From: Lama guanicoe
Taxonomy: Eukaryota
Assembly (NCBI GenBank): GCA_013239625.1
Contig: MU056925.1
Span: forward strand, 2,612,804 to 2,676,803
Length of the DNA stretch: 64,000 nt
Direction: 5' to 3'
Shown here: piece after piece, positions 50,964 to 64,000 of the stretch
Layout: the number at the start of each line of letters is the position of its first letter
Numbering within the stretch: the first letter of the stretch is position 1
The notes under the pieces: generated by a model
Told to the model about the DNA's origin: nothing
The model's database searches: none
The model's input: only the letters and a program-made list of their open reading frames with translations
Program-made: the position numbers and the translations under genes

Positions 50964-52299
50964 GAGGAAGGTGGACCATACAGTGTATTTAAAAAAAAAA
51001 AAAAAAGGTAGTCTGGGACCCTCTGCTCCATTTCCTGTTCATCATCATGGAATGGGTTTTTATTAACAGATAAAGAATAACTTCTATAGGAAAAAGCAAA
51101 ATGTTAACCACGTTTACCTCTGCATGGTAGGATTTGTTGGTTTTTACATTTTCTAACTTTTTAAACAATAAACGTGCTCATTGCTTAATAATGAAATATT
51201 TTATAAAAATATACATATATCATCTTACTGGGTTCTCTCTCCACGACCTCCTATCAGAGTCCTGCCCCTGGAGGAGAGGAAATCCGTGAGAAGGTCTGAA
51301 GGGGTGGAGGGTGGGGAGGGGCAGACACACAGGAGGAGGGCCCCGCCTGGCCTCCTCTGGACAGGAGCCCTGGGGGCCAGTGCTGGCTCGGCCTCTAGTA
51401 AGCTGAGTGGTTCTCAACACCTCTCTCACGCCCATTTTCTTTCGTCTTTAACAGGAGAAGGAAAAACGAAATACTCTTAGGTTAAGAAAGCAACTTCTGG
51501 GCCTTGACTCAACTAAAAAGGGGGTTACATGTCACGAGGAGTCGGGTATGGAGGTGACCGTGGGATGGGACGAGCTACAGCCCTAGCTGGACGCACAGCA
51601 GAGTGAGAGTAAACGCGCATGAGTGGAGAGGAGCCGATGGTTGGGGAGGTCCCTCTCTTAGAGCGTGAGGATCCCTTCCCTCCTAGTTCATGCTTTCACA
51701 CCCTCAAGCAGGAGACCCCTCTTCTCCTAGCCAGCCTTCCCCTAGACCAAATCCTGGATGATCCCCTGAGGCGATGACATCACCCGGATTCGGTCCGCAA
51801 GCAGGTTCCAGGCTGTTCTCTGGACACTTGTGGGGGGCGGGGGACCTGCCCCATACTGCGAGCCTCCAACGTCAGCCCTGAGCTAAGGTGAGGTCTTGGG
51901 GGATCCTCCTTGCCAAAGAGATTACTGTCCTCGGGTCACCTTCTTTATGAGAATTATTCTATTCTAGGTTGCCTGGGATTTGGGGGTTGGGGGGCAATTC
52001 CGACTGCCAAAGTTCTGCTCTCCTGCTGGGAACTTACCGTCAGCTGGAGGCTGAGCTCTGGCCTCCGAGACTCTCTGGGGGCAGAAACAAGCTTGAATAT
52101 GCAGACAGGACCGAGCCGCCTGAGCGACAGTCCGATGCTAAGCCTTTGCAAAGACACTAAGAAAACCTGAAAATAAATAGACGACATGGTGAGACTCACA
52201 TGAGAACATTGGCAGGACGGTTTCCCTCTGAGCCGGAATCGACTGGGGGCAGAGGGGGAGCCAGGAAGGGCAGGAACACGAGAAGGAGCCCGCGTCTCT

Positions 52300-52570
52300 G
52301 GAAACCGACGTGGGGAAGAGGAGATGCTGCGGGAGGGCATTTGCTGCCCTAAAATGGCCAGAAACCGGCTTCCCCTGACCCTCACCGCGCCTGGAGCATT
52401 CTCTCTCCCAGCGCCCCAGAGAAGAGGCCCAACTGTCCAGCGCCTTGATTTTGGACTTGGAGACCCAAACAGAGAGCCATGCCTACCGGGACGTCTGGCC
52501 CCCTAACTGTGAGCTGCTTTAAATCCCCCAATTTGTAGTGATTTGTTACACAAATATAGAGCACTAACAC
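52300..52570 (+). mobile_element. MaLR LTR 3' fragment (MLT1E/F-like)
   Basis: gccttgattttggacttg...aactgtgag...tttgtagtgatttgttac. Confidence 0.6.
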
Positions 52571-53199
52571 AGACGGGGCGGGCGGGGAGACCACACAAAA
52601 AGACACTCCCTGCGCAGTGAAAGTCTAGAGGAGGGGAGGGGCTACCCCATCCTTCCAGAAATTTCTCTCCTGAGCAACCAAAGCTCTAGGTTGCTGGAGG
52701 AAGGGCAGCAGAACCTTGCTGCTCCCAGAGCACAGGTTAAGACCTGCATAGGGCAGGAAAAAGTGAAAAAGTCCTTTCTCCGTGTCAGAGGGGCAGACAC
52801 AGGTCCCAGGCTCGGACTTTTAGAGCCTGCCACCTCCGGGGGACGGACAGCATCCCCGACAAGGCCCCAGCGCCCTTAAGACTGAGACAGAAAGAGGACC
52901 CTGCCCCTCCTCCACCAGGCCAGTCCGCACCGAGGAGCCAGCAGGAGAGCCCCAGCAGGAGGAGAGGGTGGGGTGGGGGCTCGGAGCGGGGAGCAGCAAT
53001 CAGCCCGCTCTCAGCGCAGAGCAACGCCACGGAAACGCGAAGCCGGCGGAGGCCCACGGTAACCATAGCAACAACAAATGCCAGCCCTGCGCCCCTCCTG
53101 ACCAGTCTCGTGGCAACCAGCCTCCTGCGCTCCTAGCCCCACACACAGTAACAGCCCAACCGAAGTCTCCCACACACGATGTCCGGTATTCATTTAAAA

Positions 53200-55700
53200 A
53201 ATTAGGAGACATACAAAAAGCAAGAAAGAACAACTCGCTGGACAGAGTCAAAGCTACGACCAGAAGCCGCCTTGATCTTAGGTCCCTGTGCTCCAGCAGA
53301 TGTACATGATGCATATGCAGCTCGAATGCACATCAACACTGACGCGACGCAACGAGGAGAAACTGACAATCTTCAATCACAGTAAAGAGATTTTAGTATA
53401 CATTTTTTGAAACGAAGATCTACGAGACAAAAAATAGTAAGAATAGATGATGTGAATATCAATTTAAAAGCCTGACTGTTGGATCACACAGAATGAACGC
53501 AATAGTTAAAAGAAAATACATTTTTAAGTGTATTTGAAATAGTTATAAAAATTGACAAATAAACTGAGAAATAAACCTCAACAAATCTTTTAAAAATTAC
53601 TATTACATAGATGGCCACTCTCTAAACCCAAAAGTAATAAAATTAGAAAATAAAAAGAATGAAAAAATTTGTAAGAGCTGCAAAAATACAACATATCAAA
53701 ATTGGTGGATATTTACACACACATACTGAAAGGAATATTTACAGCCCTAACATCAGCATTACATTAAAACTGGAAATTAATGACATTCAGTGCAAGAGTC
53801 TAGCACAGAAAAAAAAGGATAAACTCAAAAGATGTAAAAGAAAGAAATATGAGCAGAAATTTTAAAAGAAATAAAAGAAGTAATTGAGCAGGTTAAAAAA
53901 AAAATCCTGCCACAAATTATTACCTGAATCTAATCATCTAATCATGATGAAACATCAGACAAATCTAAACTGAGGAACATTCTATAACTGGCTTGTATTC
54001 TTCAAAAATGTTAGTTATTAAAACCAATGAAAGATTAGGACACTGTTCCAGAGTAAAGAAGATTAAAAAGACGTGGAGGGGGGATGCAATCTGTGATCTG
54101 AGATTCCTTTAGCTAGAAAGAAAAGGTATTTTTGAGACAGCTAGTAAAATCTGAGTAAGATCCATGGCTTAGACAATGGTTATTTCATCAGTGTTAATTT
54201 CCTGATTTTGATCATTATTCTGTGGTTGTGTGAGGGAATGCCCTTGGTTTTGGGAAATGCACACTGAAGTACTTACACACATATACACATATGTATAGAA
54301 CAGGGAGGAAAAGCAGAATAAAAGCAAATTGTTACATAAATTAGCCAAAGACGGCCTCTGTAGAGTGGCCCCTGGGTTGTTTCTTCACAGCCGGCTGAGA
54401 CCACTAGCTCAAAAGACCAGCAGCCCCAAACTCAAATGTCAACACATGTAAATGTTTTAAACAGAGTCCAAACAGGAGCAAATCTTTAGTCATTTAGAAG
54501 CTGCCTGCTTTACCTACCCTGTGAAACTGCACCCAGGTTCTGGTAGCTATAGATAAAGTAAACCATGAGGCTACAAAGGCCCCACGCTGCTCTGACCCAA
54601 AGATACCTCCAGGTTGCCTTGTGCTCCTTCTTTCTAGGAAGTGGCCCCTGGCCCCAGCCTCCGGGTGGTCTCATGCTGCAAGGGCCCCCCTCCCCAGTAT
54701 GCATGTGTAAATAATGTTTGCATGTGCCCCTGCCACCTCATGGTTACATCTTTTTCGCCCTGAAATCCCTCCAATTCCTGGAATCCCCATACAAATGTGG
54801 TAATATCGAGGGGAATTTAGATGAAAGTTATTTAGGAATTCTTTGTACTATTATGACTTCTCTTTAATTCTGAAAATGTGGCCAAATAAAAAAATGAAAA
54901 AGAAAAAACTAAATTCAATTATTGGAAAGGATTTATTACAACTAATAATTGTTTTGTATTTTAAACTAATAAAATAGACTAACCAGGCAGGACTGATCAA
55001 GAAAACAAGAGAAAACAAAACGAATTTTTGGACATGAAAAAGGAGACAATTACAGATATACTGGAGTTCTTTTCCTTAATTATGAGACTATTATAAATAA
55101 TTTAATTCCATAAAGTTGAAATTAAATTGGAAAACTTTTCAGAAAAATACAAATTACTAAAATTGACAAAACAACAGAAAACCAAATAAACCAAACCACT
55201 AAACATTAAGTGAACTGGATCCACACTCAAAAATATACCCATCAAAGAAACACTAGGTCCAATCAAATTCGATTCAAGATTTTTGAACAAGCCAAAATGG
55301 ATTTGTATCTAGACTATATACTAAAAATAAATAAGAAAACAAACAATCTAAAAGAAATAGAGGCAGAGGTAATGAACACACAACACAATCTTATGTATCA
55401 TTTATGGCTACATTCATATCTAGTAAGTAAATAAAAACATGAAAGGATACATGGCAATTTCAGAAGTTACCTCTGTGTGAGAGGAAGGAAAAAGTAACAG
55501 GGAGGGTGCAAAAAGGTTTGAAGTATTTATGAAGTTTTAGTTGTTCAGAAAATCTGAAGCAAATGAACTTTAACATTTGCTCAATCTAGATGATGAGCAC
55601 AAAGTTTTTTTTTCTTTTTCTACTTTGCTTGATGCATTTGAGATATTTTCTGTTACTAATTAGAAGTAGTAAAAAAAATTAGATTGCAGGAGTAAAAATA
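53200..55700 (+). mobile_element. Patchwork of old L1 fragments
   Basis: A-rich degenerate ORF2 text and L1MC/MD 3' UTR text (aatcatgatgaaacatcagacaaatc, ttaatttcctgattttgat). Confidence 0.6.
54330..54793 (+). mobile_element. ERV solo LTR inserted in an L1 3' UTR
   Basis: TGTTA...ATACA termini; flanks aaagcaaat| ... |aatgtggtaa rejoin as contiguous L1 sequence with a short AAT duplication. Confidence 0.7.
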
Positions 55701-56619
55701 AATCTCCTTCAATAAGATCCAAGTTCATGGCATAATGAAAAAAAAACTGATACATTTGACCTTATCAAGACTTAAAATTATAATACCAGTTTTATCTTCC
55801 CCCCCAGCTCAAATCTGTCCCATTTTGAACAAAAAAGGCATCAGAGAAAGACAAATCCCCCATCATTTCTACATCACATCCCACCCTCCCTTGCCTTCTC
55901 TCTTCACCAACTGCCTTAAAAGAACAGTCTTCAACTAAACTTTCTCAGTCTGCAGATGCGTTCACACTGTCCCACCTTCACTCCCCCAGGCCAGGCGCAG
56001 CTTTGACTTCATAAATCCGAGATACAAGCCCCCTACTCACTTTTCTCACTACCTTATTCAACCGCCATCAACTCTAATTATTGCTGCTATAGGCCGACCG
56101 AAAAAACAAATATAATCGCGCCACTGCCTTAAGACTCTTCAGGCATCAATGGGACCCAGTCCACACCCCCTAACCTAGCCTGATCTGTCTGCCCCCTGAA
56201 CCATTTCCAGCCTCACCACCCCGAGGCTCCTCCACAGCGCCGAAATCTAGCAGTACCCACTCGGTTTAAGCCTCTTACCTTCGCATATGCAGTCCCCTCC
56301 TCTTGGAAGACCCTCTTGCCCCCTTCCACCTACAGACCCTATTTAAATCTGATCTTTAGTCCCGCCTCCCCCAGGAGGAACCGACCTCCTCCTTGGGTAT
56401 TTATTCATTGAGTAGAGGTAACTATCAGGGCACTCACGCACTGAGGACCCTTTTCTGTTCACATGACTGACATCTCCACAGGACCCCAGCCAAGGACGGG
56501 ATCCAGTGCTTCCCCAGGACCTGACCCGACACTCAATAAAGGCTTGTTACATGAAGACCAACACTGTAGATCCCTGGAATAATCATTTCACAGCCTTCCT
56601 CAATTGCCCTCATAGCTCA

Positions 56620-57480
56620 GAGCCTACCCTTGGCGGCGATGTAAGGTCCCTGGGGCCAAGGATGTCACTGGGTACCCTGCGGTAGCCCCTTGCGGATGGC
56701 GGGCTCTGAAGTGGCTGAGCTGCGGGAGGTCAGAGAAGCAGCGAGACCCAGCCTGCCTGTGGCCCCCACCCCAACCCAGACAGAAACCCCGACCCTCTGC
56801 AGAAGACGTCAGACGGAGCCGCCCACCCGGACCCCCGCACGGAGTACCCCCTCCCAGCGCCCGCCTGGCTCTGCAGCCGTGGATTCCGCCACACGTGCCC
56901 TCTCTACAGCCGGGAGCCGAGGCAACCACTAGTCCGAGGTGCCGCGGAGACCTCAGAACCGACCAGGTCCAAGGTGCTGGACGCCACGAGACCAGCCTGG
57001 GGTCCGGAAGTGCGCAGATCACACTCGGACACCCCTGCACTGCGTAGGTGCCCCCTAGACTGTGGTGAAACTACAACTCCCGGGAGCCTCCGCGGCAAGG
57101 CACTTCCGGTCAGCGCCCAGGGACTTCCGGCCACGGGGTGGCTGGCGTGGGCGGGCACGCGTGGCGACGTGGACGGGCACGCCTGGCGACGGGGACGCGC
57201 AAGGAGGCGTCTAACGTGGCATCCCTGGTGGGTCGGCGGGCTGTCAGTGAACACACCCTCCTCCACGTTGTTGCCAGGCGGCCGTCGCGCTGGCATTTTC
57301 GTGCCGAATCTGATCGCGTCTGGCGCCATTTTGAGAGCTGGGCTGTGGCTGCCCCAGACTTGGAGATCCCCGCGGTACCAGCTGTGGGCCGCGTCCAGAA
57401 CCTCTGCTGTCTGGGATCTCCACGTCGGGTACTTTAGTTCATAAAAACGCATGTCTTTCAGTACTCATGACAACGCCCGC
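56620..57480 (-). promoter_or_regulatory. CpG-island promoter, most likely of the minus-strand KRAB-ZNF
   Basis: Dense CpG; ETS/GABPA sites CCGGAAGTG 57004-57012, CACTTCCGG 57101-57109 and ACTTCCGG 57123-57130; ZNF143/THAP11-type ACTACAACTCCC 57070-57081; YY1-type GCGCCATTTTG 57323-57333. Confidence 0.8.
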
Positions 57481-57659
57481 AGTAGGTATTGTTATCCCCA
57501 TTTTGGAGTTGAGGAACCAGAAGCAGCCTCCCTCTGTGTTTTACTGTGGAGGCACCCTTGAAATAATTATCAGGTGTCAGGGAAACCTTCCCTAAATATT
57601 ACATCGGGGGCTCATGATAGAATATGGAGACACACACACACACACATTCTGCATATATA

Positions 57660-58185
57660 AACCGGACAGTGGCTAGACCACATAGAAAAACAGAATGCTG
57701 ACCTCCCAGCTCAGCAACCTACCCAGGAAACCAACCTCCTTGTCTACAATAAAAAGCCCAAGAGGCCAGACTGTTAATCTCTAGTCATCATCCAAGAAGC
57801 TAAACAGTAACTTCTATAGCCGTCGGCTCCAAATGACCAGGACTTGATCGACAATTTGATCAATAACTAACAGCTTCCCTAATTTTTGTACCGACTTCTA
57901 GTTAGGACCAACTAGAGAAAGTCAAACGTGCTTCCCTAACCAATCACATGGGATGCCCCGCTTCTAGTTAGCCAGCCTCAGCTTCCCTATCCCAACAGCC
58001 TTCAGATAGGACACACCAGAAATCTTACTTTTTTCCAGTATGAAGTTTTCCCATTCCTCTGCCTGGCTTTGAGCCTGTGCTAAAACAAGTGACAGTGACT
58101 GACTCCTTTGCAATAACAAGCTCTGAATAAATAGACTTTGCCTGTTCTCATTTGGTTGGTCTTCAATTATTCCCAAAGATACAGT
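57660..58185 (+). mobile_element. ERV1 LTR (MER34-like) next to the CpG-island promoter
   Basis: ccaggaaaccaacc, ccaggacttgat, ctaaccaatcacatgggatgccccgcttctagttag, AATAAA near 58126. Confidence 0.7.
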
Positions 58186-58449
58186 TAATGGTAAGTTTTT
58201 TTGGTAGGTTCTGTTTATTTTGGCTAGCTACTGTATCGTGAAGCTTTCCTCTCATCATTTGCCATTAAAATTTATTATTTAAAATTCACAAAGTGGAGGA
58301 AAAAGGAATTTAAACTTTAATGCTTTTCAGATTTCAGTGCAACACAAAAAAGAACTTTGTGATCCCTAGAGCTGTTGAAAAGTGTAATGGGGCTCAGGTG
58401 AAGGGTCAGAGGATATTGGAAGAAAGTTTTCCTTTGTAATAGTATATAG

Positions 58450-58672
58450 ATCTGTGCTCTTCAGTATAGTAGCCACTAACTATATGTGACTGAATACTTG
58501 AAGAATGGCTAGTCCAAATTAACATGTGCTTTAATTGTAAAATGCCCTGAATTTTCAAGATTTGGTATGAAAAAACTGAATGTAAAATATCTTACTAATA
58601 ACTATATAATGGTTCTATGCTGAAGTAATATTTTGGACATATTGAGCTAAATAAAACTATTAAAATTAATAA
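58450..58672. mobile_element. MER33/MER3-like DNA transposon
   Basis: gtagccactaactatatgtgact ... aatattttggacatattgagctaaataaaa. Confidence 0.65.
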
Positions 58673-58863
58673 GTAAAATGTTTTTCATATGCTTGTATCA
58701 TTTATACTGCTAAAGTTATTAAAGCTTAAAACTTTAGGATATCCTATATTACATAATGGTGTTAATAAATTTGACTAATATTGTTGCCGGTTTTGTGTGT
58801 ACTGTTTAAACAACCAAATATGACATTGATCTAAAATAGATATTCTTTGTGGCATGTATCCTC

Positions 58864-58908
58864 TGTGTGTGTGTGTGTGTGTATGTGTGTGTGTGTGTGT
58901 GTGTGTGT
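58864..58908 (+). repeat. (TG)n microsatellite
   Basis: About 22 TG units with one interruption. Confidence 0.97.
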
Positions 58909-60787
58909 TGGAGGGGGATGTTAGGGGCAAAGAATGTCATTATGGGATTTTTAAAAACCTATTAAAATGGTCATTTAAGCTACTTACTAATTTGTTTGAA
59001 TAGTAAGTTTCATATCAATTAACCTATTTTGCATTACTGGACACAACCTATAAGAATTTCTAAAATATACTGTTAGATTCATTCAGCCCATGCTCTTTTT
59101 GAAAAAAAGAAAAAAGTAATCTTATTCTTTTGTAACATGGGATTGCCTTTCCTTTTGTTTCTAATCCCTGTACTAGGTTTGGCCATCAGGGATCTGAGTC
59201 CTTTGTCGGTTCAGCTACATAGCTTTCTACCTTTTGGTTTGTTTCTAGAGATAATTACAAACAATAGAAATTATCTCCTTAAAAATTTTTGAAAAGATTC
59301 ATTTGTGAACCTTCTGAGGATAGAACCTTTTACAGAATAATTGTTTAGGGGTTTTATGTCTTCTGTTCTTTTCTTCCTTTTGAACCAATTTTGGTGATGC
59401 ATTTTTTTCTTCTAAATTATCCTTTAATTCAGTGCTTTCAAGTTTTTTTTTCACTCTGTTATTTATCATGTCTATTACTTTGAATTATTTAAAATTTCCA
59501 GATGTATTTTTAGAGTTTTCCAAGAATTGGTATTTCTTTTATATTGATTAGCACCACCAGAGATTTGTTTATCACTTATTTTTTTCCCCAAAGTAAAGCT
59601 TTGGATTTGTTTATTTTTTTTTCTTTTCTTCTCTGATGAGAAAGAAAATAAAACTCATTGCTGTCATCTTCTAACACCAAGATTACAGAAACTACTTTAA
59701 AATAAATGGGGAAAGGAATCATTCTATTTCTAATTACAAAAGGAGAACTAAACACGGATGGAGCTATATTATTTAGGACATGGATAAAACTGCTGTAATA
59801 GAGACACTAAACAGTGCCTTAAAAAATCATGGGTGATTATTTCTCATAAACGCATCTGAGCAGCTGTGAGAGACTTAGAAAACTAGGCTTCTTCTAAATT
59901 ACTACTCTACCATTTCTGGGGGAGGGTTCTTATCTATGTGATTCAAGATGGCCATCTGTTTCTTAAACAGCAGTAAGAAGAAAAAAGGAAGTACATGAAA
60001 TTTCCTTTCTTTTAAGGGCAGAATCCAGAAGAAGCATGAGTCACTTCCTCTCACATCCCATTGGACAGGTCTTAGTCACATGATCCCTACTATTTACAGA
60101 GAAGACTGGTAAACAAAGTCTTTATTCTAGAGGGCAATATTCCTAGCTAAAAATTGGGGAAACTTTTACTACAGAAGCAAAGAATACATACTAAGAGATA
60201 ACTAGCAGTCTCTGCCTAAGGAAAGCAGAAAGGGTTCACAATGTCACAGAGTAGCCAAACAAGTGAAGCAGATTGTGTCAAGTTAGACTTATCAAGTTAG
60301 ACTATAGACAGCAATGAATTTTTTTCATTTTCCCCATTTCACTAGAGAACAAAATTTAATTTTCTAGGGATGGGGTTGGGAATGAGAAGCAGTACTAGCT
60401 ACCTGGATATGCTGGATAGAGCTGGAGATGGGGGAATCTAACTGTTCTGATTATAGGTTTTTATATTTTTCAATTTATTTGAAGAACATAATAAACATAT
60501 GACGTAACAAATCAAACAATACAAATATAAAGAGAAGGCTAATTCCCAAGCCAGTATATTCCAAAGTAACAAATATAAATAGGCTAGTGTCTATTTTTCT
60601 GTATAATTCCCCTGCCTCTATGTAATCACATAAAATCATACTCAGACCATTCACATTTAATATGATTATTAATATGGTTGGGTTTAAATCTCTCATCTTG
60701 CTATTTGTTTTGTTTGTGCCATTTGTTGTTCTCCTTTTCATCTTTTTCTGCCTTCTGGTGCATTAATTGAATGTTGTTTATGATTCC

Positions 60788-61125
60788 TGTCCTGGTCTCT
60801 TTGGGCTGCTGTAACAGAATACCATAGACCAGGTGACTTACAGTTCTGGAGGCTGGGAAGTCCAGGCTCACGGTTCCAGCATATTCAGTGTCTGGAGAGA
60901 GCCAACTTCCCAGTTCACAGACGCAGGGCTTTTCACCGTATTCCTACATGGCGGAAGGTACAAGGGAGTTATGTGGGGTCTCTTATACAAGGTTCTAATC
61001 CCATTCATGAGGACTCCACCCCCATGAGCTAATCATCTCCCAAAGCCCCCACCTCCTAATATCACTTTGGGGGTTAGGTTTCAACACACGAATTGTGGGG
61101 GGACACAAACGTTCAATCTATAGCA
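60788..61125 (-). mobile_element. MaLR solo LTR (MLT1A-like)
   Basis: gggctgctgtaacagaataccatagac...cagttctggaggctgggaagtcc...ggggggacacaaacgttca. Confidence 0.85.
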
Positions 61126-62458
61126 ACTCCCATTTTATCTCTTGTTGGCATATTAGCTATAACTCTTTGTTTTCTTATTTTAGTGCTTGCTTTAGATTCA
61201 TAATATCCGTTCTAATTTATCATAGTCCACCTCCCAGTGATATTATACGACATCATACGTAGCCCTCGCTGGCACTCTGTCCTAAGAACTCTAACTTCTT
61301 TGATCTCCCTGGAGTCTCAGGTCCATTTCCTCAACTCAAGGAGCCCACTGGACTTCACCTGGGTTACCCTCTTCATGCCCAAGCATGAAAACTTTCCCAA
61401 AGCTGTAACCTGGAATAATCACAGGGTTCCTTCATTTATTTCCTGGCTCTGAGGAATCGCTGTTCATTTCCTGATGCACAATGTCTCATAAATAATTGTT
61501 TCATACATTTTGTCTGCTTTTGTGTTTTTCAGGTGGAAGAGTAAATCTGGTCCGTGTCAGTCTATCTTCACTAGAAACAAAAGTTCATCTTCATCTTTGA
61601 AAGATATTTTCACTGGGTATAGAATTCTACATCAACAGGTTTTGTTTAGTTTTGTTTCTTTCAACACTTAAAATGAAGCATTTCATTTTCTTCTGGCTTG
61701 CAGAATTTCTTCCTCAGCAAAGAAGCTGCCTTTATTACTTTACTGTGTTTATTCTTATGCTTCCATTTTAGGAATTTTAGAAAAAGAACATCAAACTAAA
61801 TTAAAAGAAATTAGAAAGAAAATGACAGTAAGACTGGAGGACAAATTGACAGAATAGAAAATAAACAAAAGTAGAGAAGGTCAAAAATCTAAAAAGCCTA
61901 GTTGTGAGTGGCAAAATTAGATTACTTTTGAAGATATAAGAGAATATCTTCATGATTTTAGAACGAGAAAGAGAATTTCCTAAGAAAACCACAAAAACCA
62001 TTAACTATGATGACTGGTAAGACTCAGGGGTAAGGACACCATGTGAGAGTGCATGTACTAGCCATGCAGTGAGAGAAGGTAATATGTACAACTTCCAAAG
62101 ACTCATGTGCAGAATTAAGAATTCCTACAATCAATAAGAAAGAAGCAGATGATGCAATTTTAAAAAAGCTGTCAAAAAAGCTTGAGAAGGCACTTTCAGG
62201 AAGAGAAAACCCAGATGGACAATTAAGGATACAAAAAGGTGCTCAACTTCAGTAATGATCAAAGAAATGCAAAATATAAACCAGCAGATTGGTACTGGCA
62301 ACTCCAAGAAGGAGCAGAGCTGTAAAATCACTGGAACACTGATTACTGGAGGAAATTAATACAACTACGGGGGGCCACATTTTGGTATTCTCCAGTGAAG
62401 ACAGACATGCATATACCCTGTGCCCCAGCAATTCCACCTTCAGGTATATACTGTTGAG

Positions 62459-62663
62459 CAGGGTTTTACAGCCTCAGCACCATTGACATCTGGGGCCAGT
62501 TAATTCTTTGTCAGAGGGGGAGGGGCTGTCCTGTGCACTGTAAATGTTTAACAGCATCTAGTAGCACCTTCCACAATTTCGATTACCAAAACTGTCTCCA
62601 GACACTGACAAATATCCTCAGAGGAGGGGGAGAAGCAAAACTGCCCCCAGTTGAGAACCTCTG
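62459..62663 (+). mobile_element. MER20 DNA transposon
   Basis: cctcagcaccattgacatctggggcc...gctgtcctgtgcactgt...ctgcccccagttgagaacctctg. Confidence 0.8.
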
Positions 62664-62904
62664 GTTTAATCTAGTCCAGTAGCTTATGTAAATTGGGCAA
62701 GGAGTTACAGCCTCATCAGACTAGAAATTGAGATAATGAGCAACTTGCATCCAGAATATGTGTCTTGCAAGGGAGAATCTGCTTTCCTTCTTCCGTGACC
62801 AAACCTGGGCCATCTTCCCCCGGAACTGATGGGGTTCCTGCAGCATCTGCACTTGGAGAGCTGAGCTTGGAATCCCTAAATCAAGTATTAAACAGTGTTT
62901 CTCC

Positions 62905-63200
62905 AAACTAGCAGTTACCAGTGGGAAGAGGGAAGGGGGGAGAGGCGATGTAGGGGCAATGTGTTAGGAGGTACAAACTATTAGGTATAAAATAAACAGG
63001 GATATACCGTAGAACCCAGGGAATATAGCAAATATTTTATAATAACTATAAATGGAATGTAATCTTTGAAAATTATGAGTCACAACTAACACATTGTAAA
63101 TCAACTCTACTTCAACAAAAATAAAAATAAAAAATTTTGAATCACTATATTGTGATTGTAACTGTAACTTACTATAACCTAGAAAATATAATACAAAACA
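62905..63200 (+). mobile_element. L1 3' terminal fragment with poly-A
   Basis: gaggtacaaactattaggtataaaataa...cagggaatatagc...acattgtaaatcaact. Confidence 0.75.
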
Positions 63201-64000
63201 AACAAAAAGGGCTTCTCACTCATTTCTTTGAGAAATTTTGCCCAGGAGAGCAGCCCCAGACCTCACATTCAGCCTCAAGTCTCTTTACAAACGTGGAGAC
63301 TCACCCACATAAAGCAGCCCCACACTCTGAGACAGTTGTAACAATTTGACAACTAGCCAACGAAACACAGTTAAGATAACACAATGCCAACAATATTTTT
63401 TTAAAAAGTCCCAGATTTCAGTATTATGAACCCCTGTTATCAATGAGCTTCAACTGAGGAATCAATGTCTCGTAATAAAATTGCCTGTTAGAAAACTTTA
63501 AATTACTAAATCTCTTATCCTTAACTTGAAAACATTCTGCACAACTCTGCTTATGTGGGTCTCAGATGTCTGGATGAGATCTACCTTCCTTCTTTTAAAA
63601 CCTGCAGTGTCTCCCATTAAAACTAATGTTTCCTTCAACATCTCCAGAGGTGAATTAATTCTTCCCCAAGGCTACTGTGTTCCCACTTTTCCAAAACCCC
63701 AACGAGTCAACTGTTTATCTAAAAATACATGGCAGCTGTAAGAAGCTTAGAAGTCACCACTCTATCCACACAACAAGTAAAAAGCTAAACAAACTGAAAA
63801 ATCAATATTCTTCTTAGATTTGTCAGAAAAGGTAAGGTCACAGGGCAAACAGCTACCTCCAAAACTGGAGGTAAAGACAGAGCAACACAACTTACCAGAG
63901 GAGAAACCTCCACCTGGACCAGTTCAGGGTGAGAAAGCCTGGACTGTAACTGATGATTTGCTGGTGGCTTAGCCTGGGCAAGTGTGAGAGTCAAAAACTC

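Overview
Mammalian genomic DNA, most likely a camelid, judged from seven copies of the tRNA-derived vic-1-type SINE. The window is syntenic with the RBAK region of human 7p22.1. It holds four gene models. (1) RBAK, a KRAB-C2H2 zinc-finger gene on +: KRAB-A 2634-2760, KRAB-B 3038-3133, finger exon 5210-7119, with the start-codon exon apparently upstream of the window. (2) A compact 3-exon gene on + at about 13.3-14.7 kb, in the position of RBAKDN (annotated as a lncRNA in human and mouse); here it has a strong-Kozak ORF with a textbook signal peptide and a predicted 66-aa spliced product. (3) An intact solitary olfactory receptor (30931-31908, +; probable OR10AH1 orthologue), with an upstream splice acceptor and a candidate MIR-derived CpG promoter at 28.4-29.0 kb. 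(4) An intact ~439-aa KRAB-ZNF on the minus strand (47960 to 37821; probable orthologue of the human ZNF890P/ZNF815P pseudogenes), with a CpG-island promoter at 56.6-57.5 kb. The rest is interspersed repeats (L1, L2, MIR, MaLR and ERV1 LTRs, MER DNA transposons, SINEs), microsatellites and three N-gaps. Orthology calls and repeat subfamily names come from recalled sequences and synteny, not from searches.
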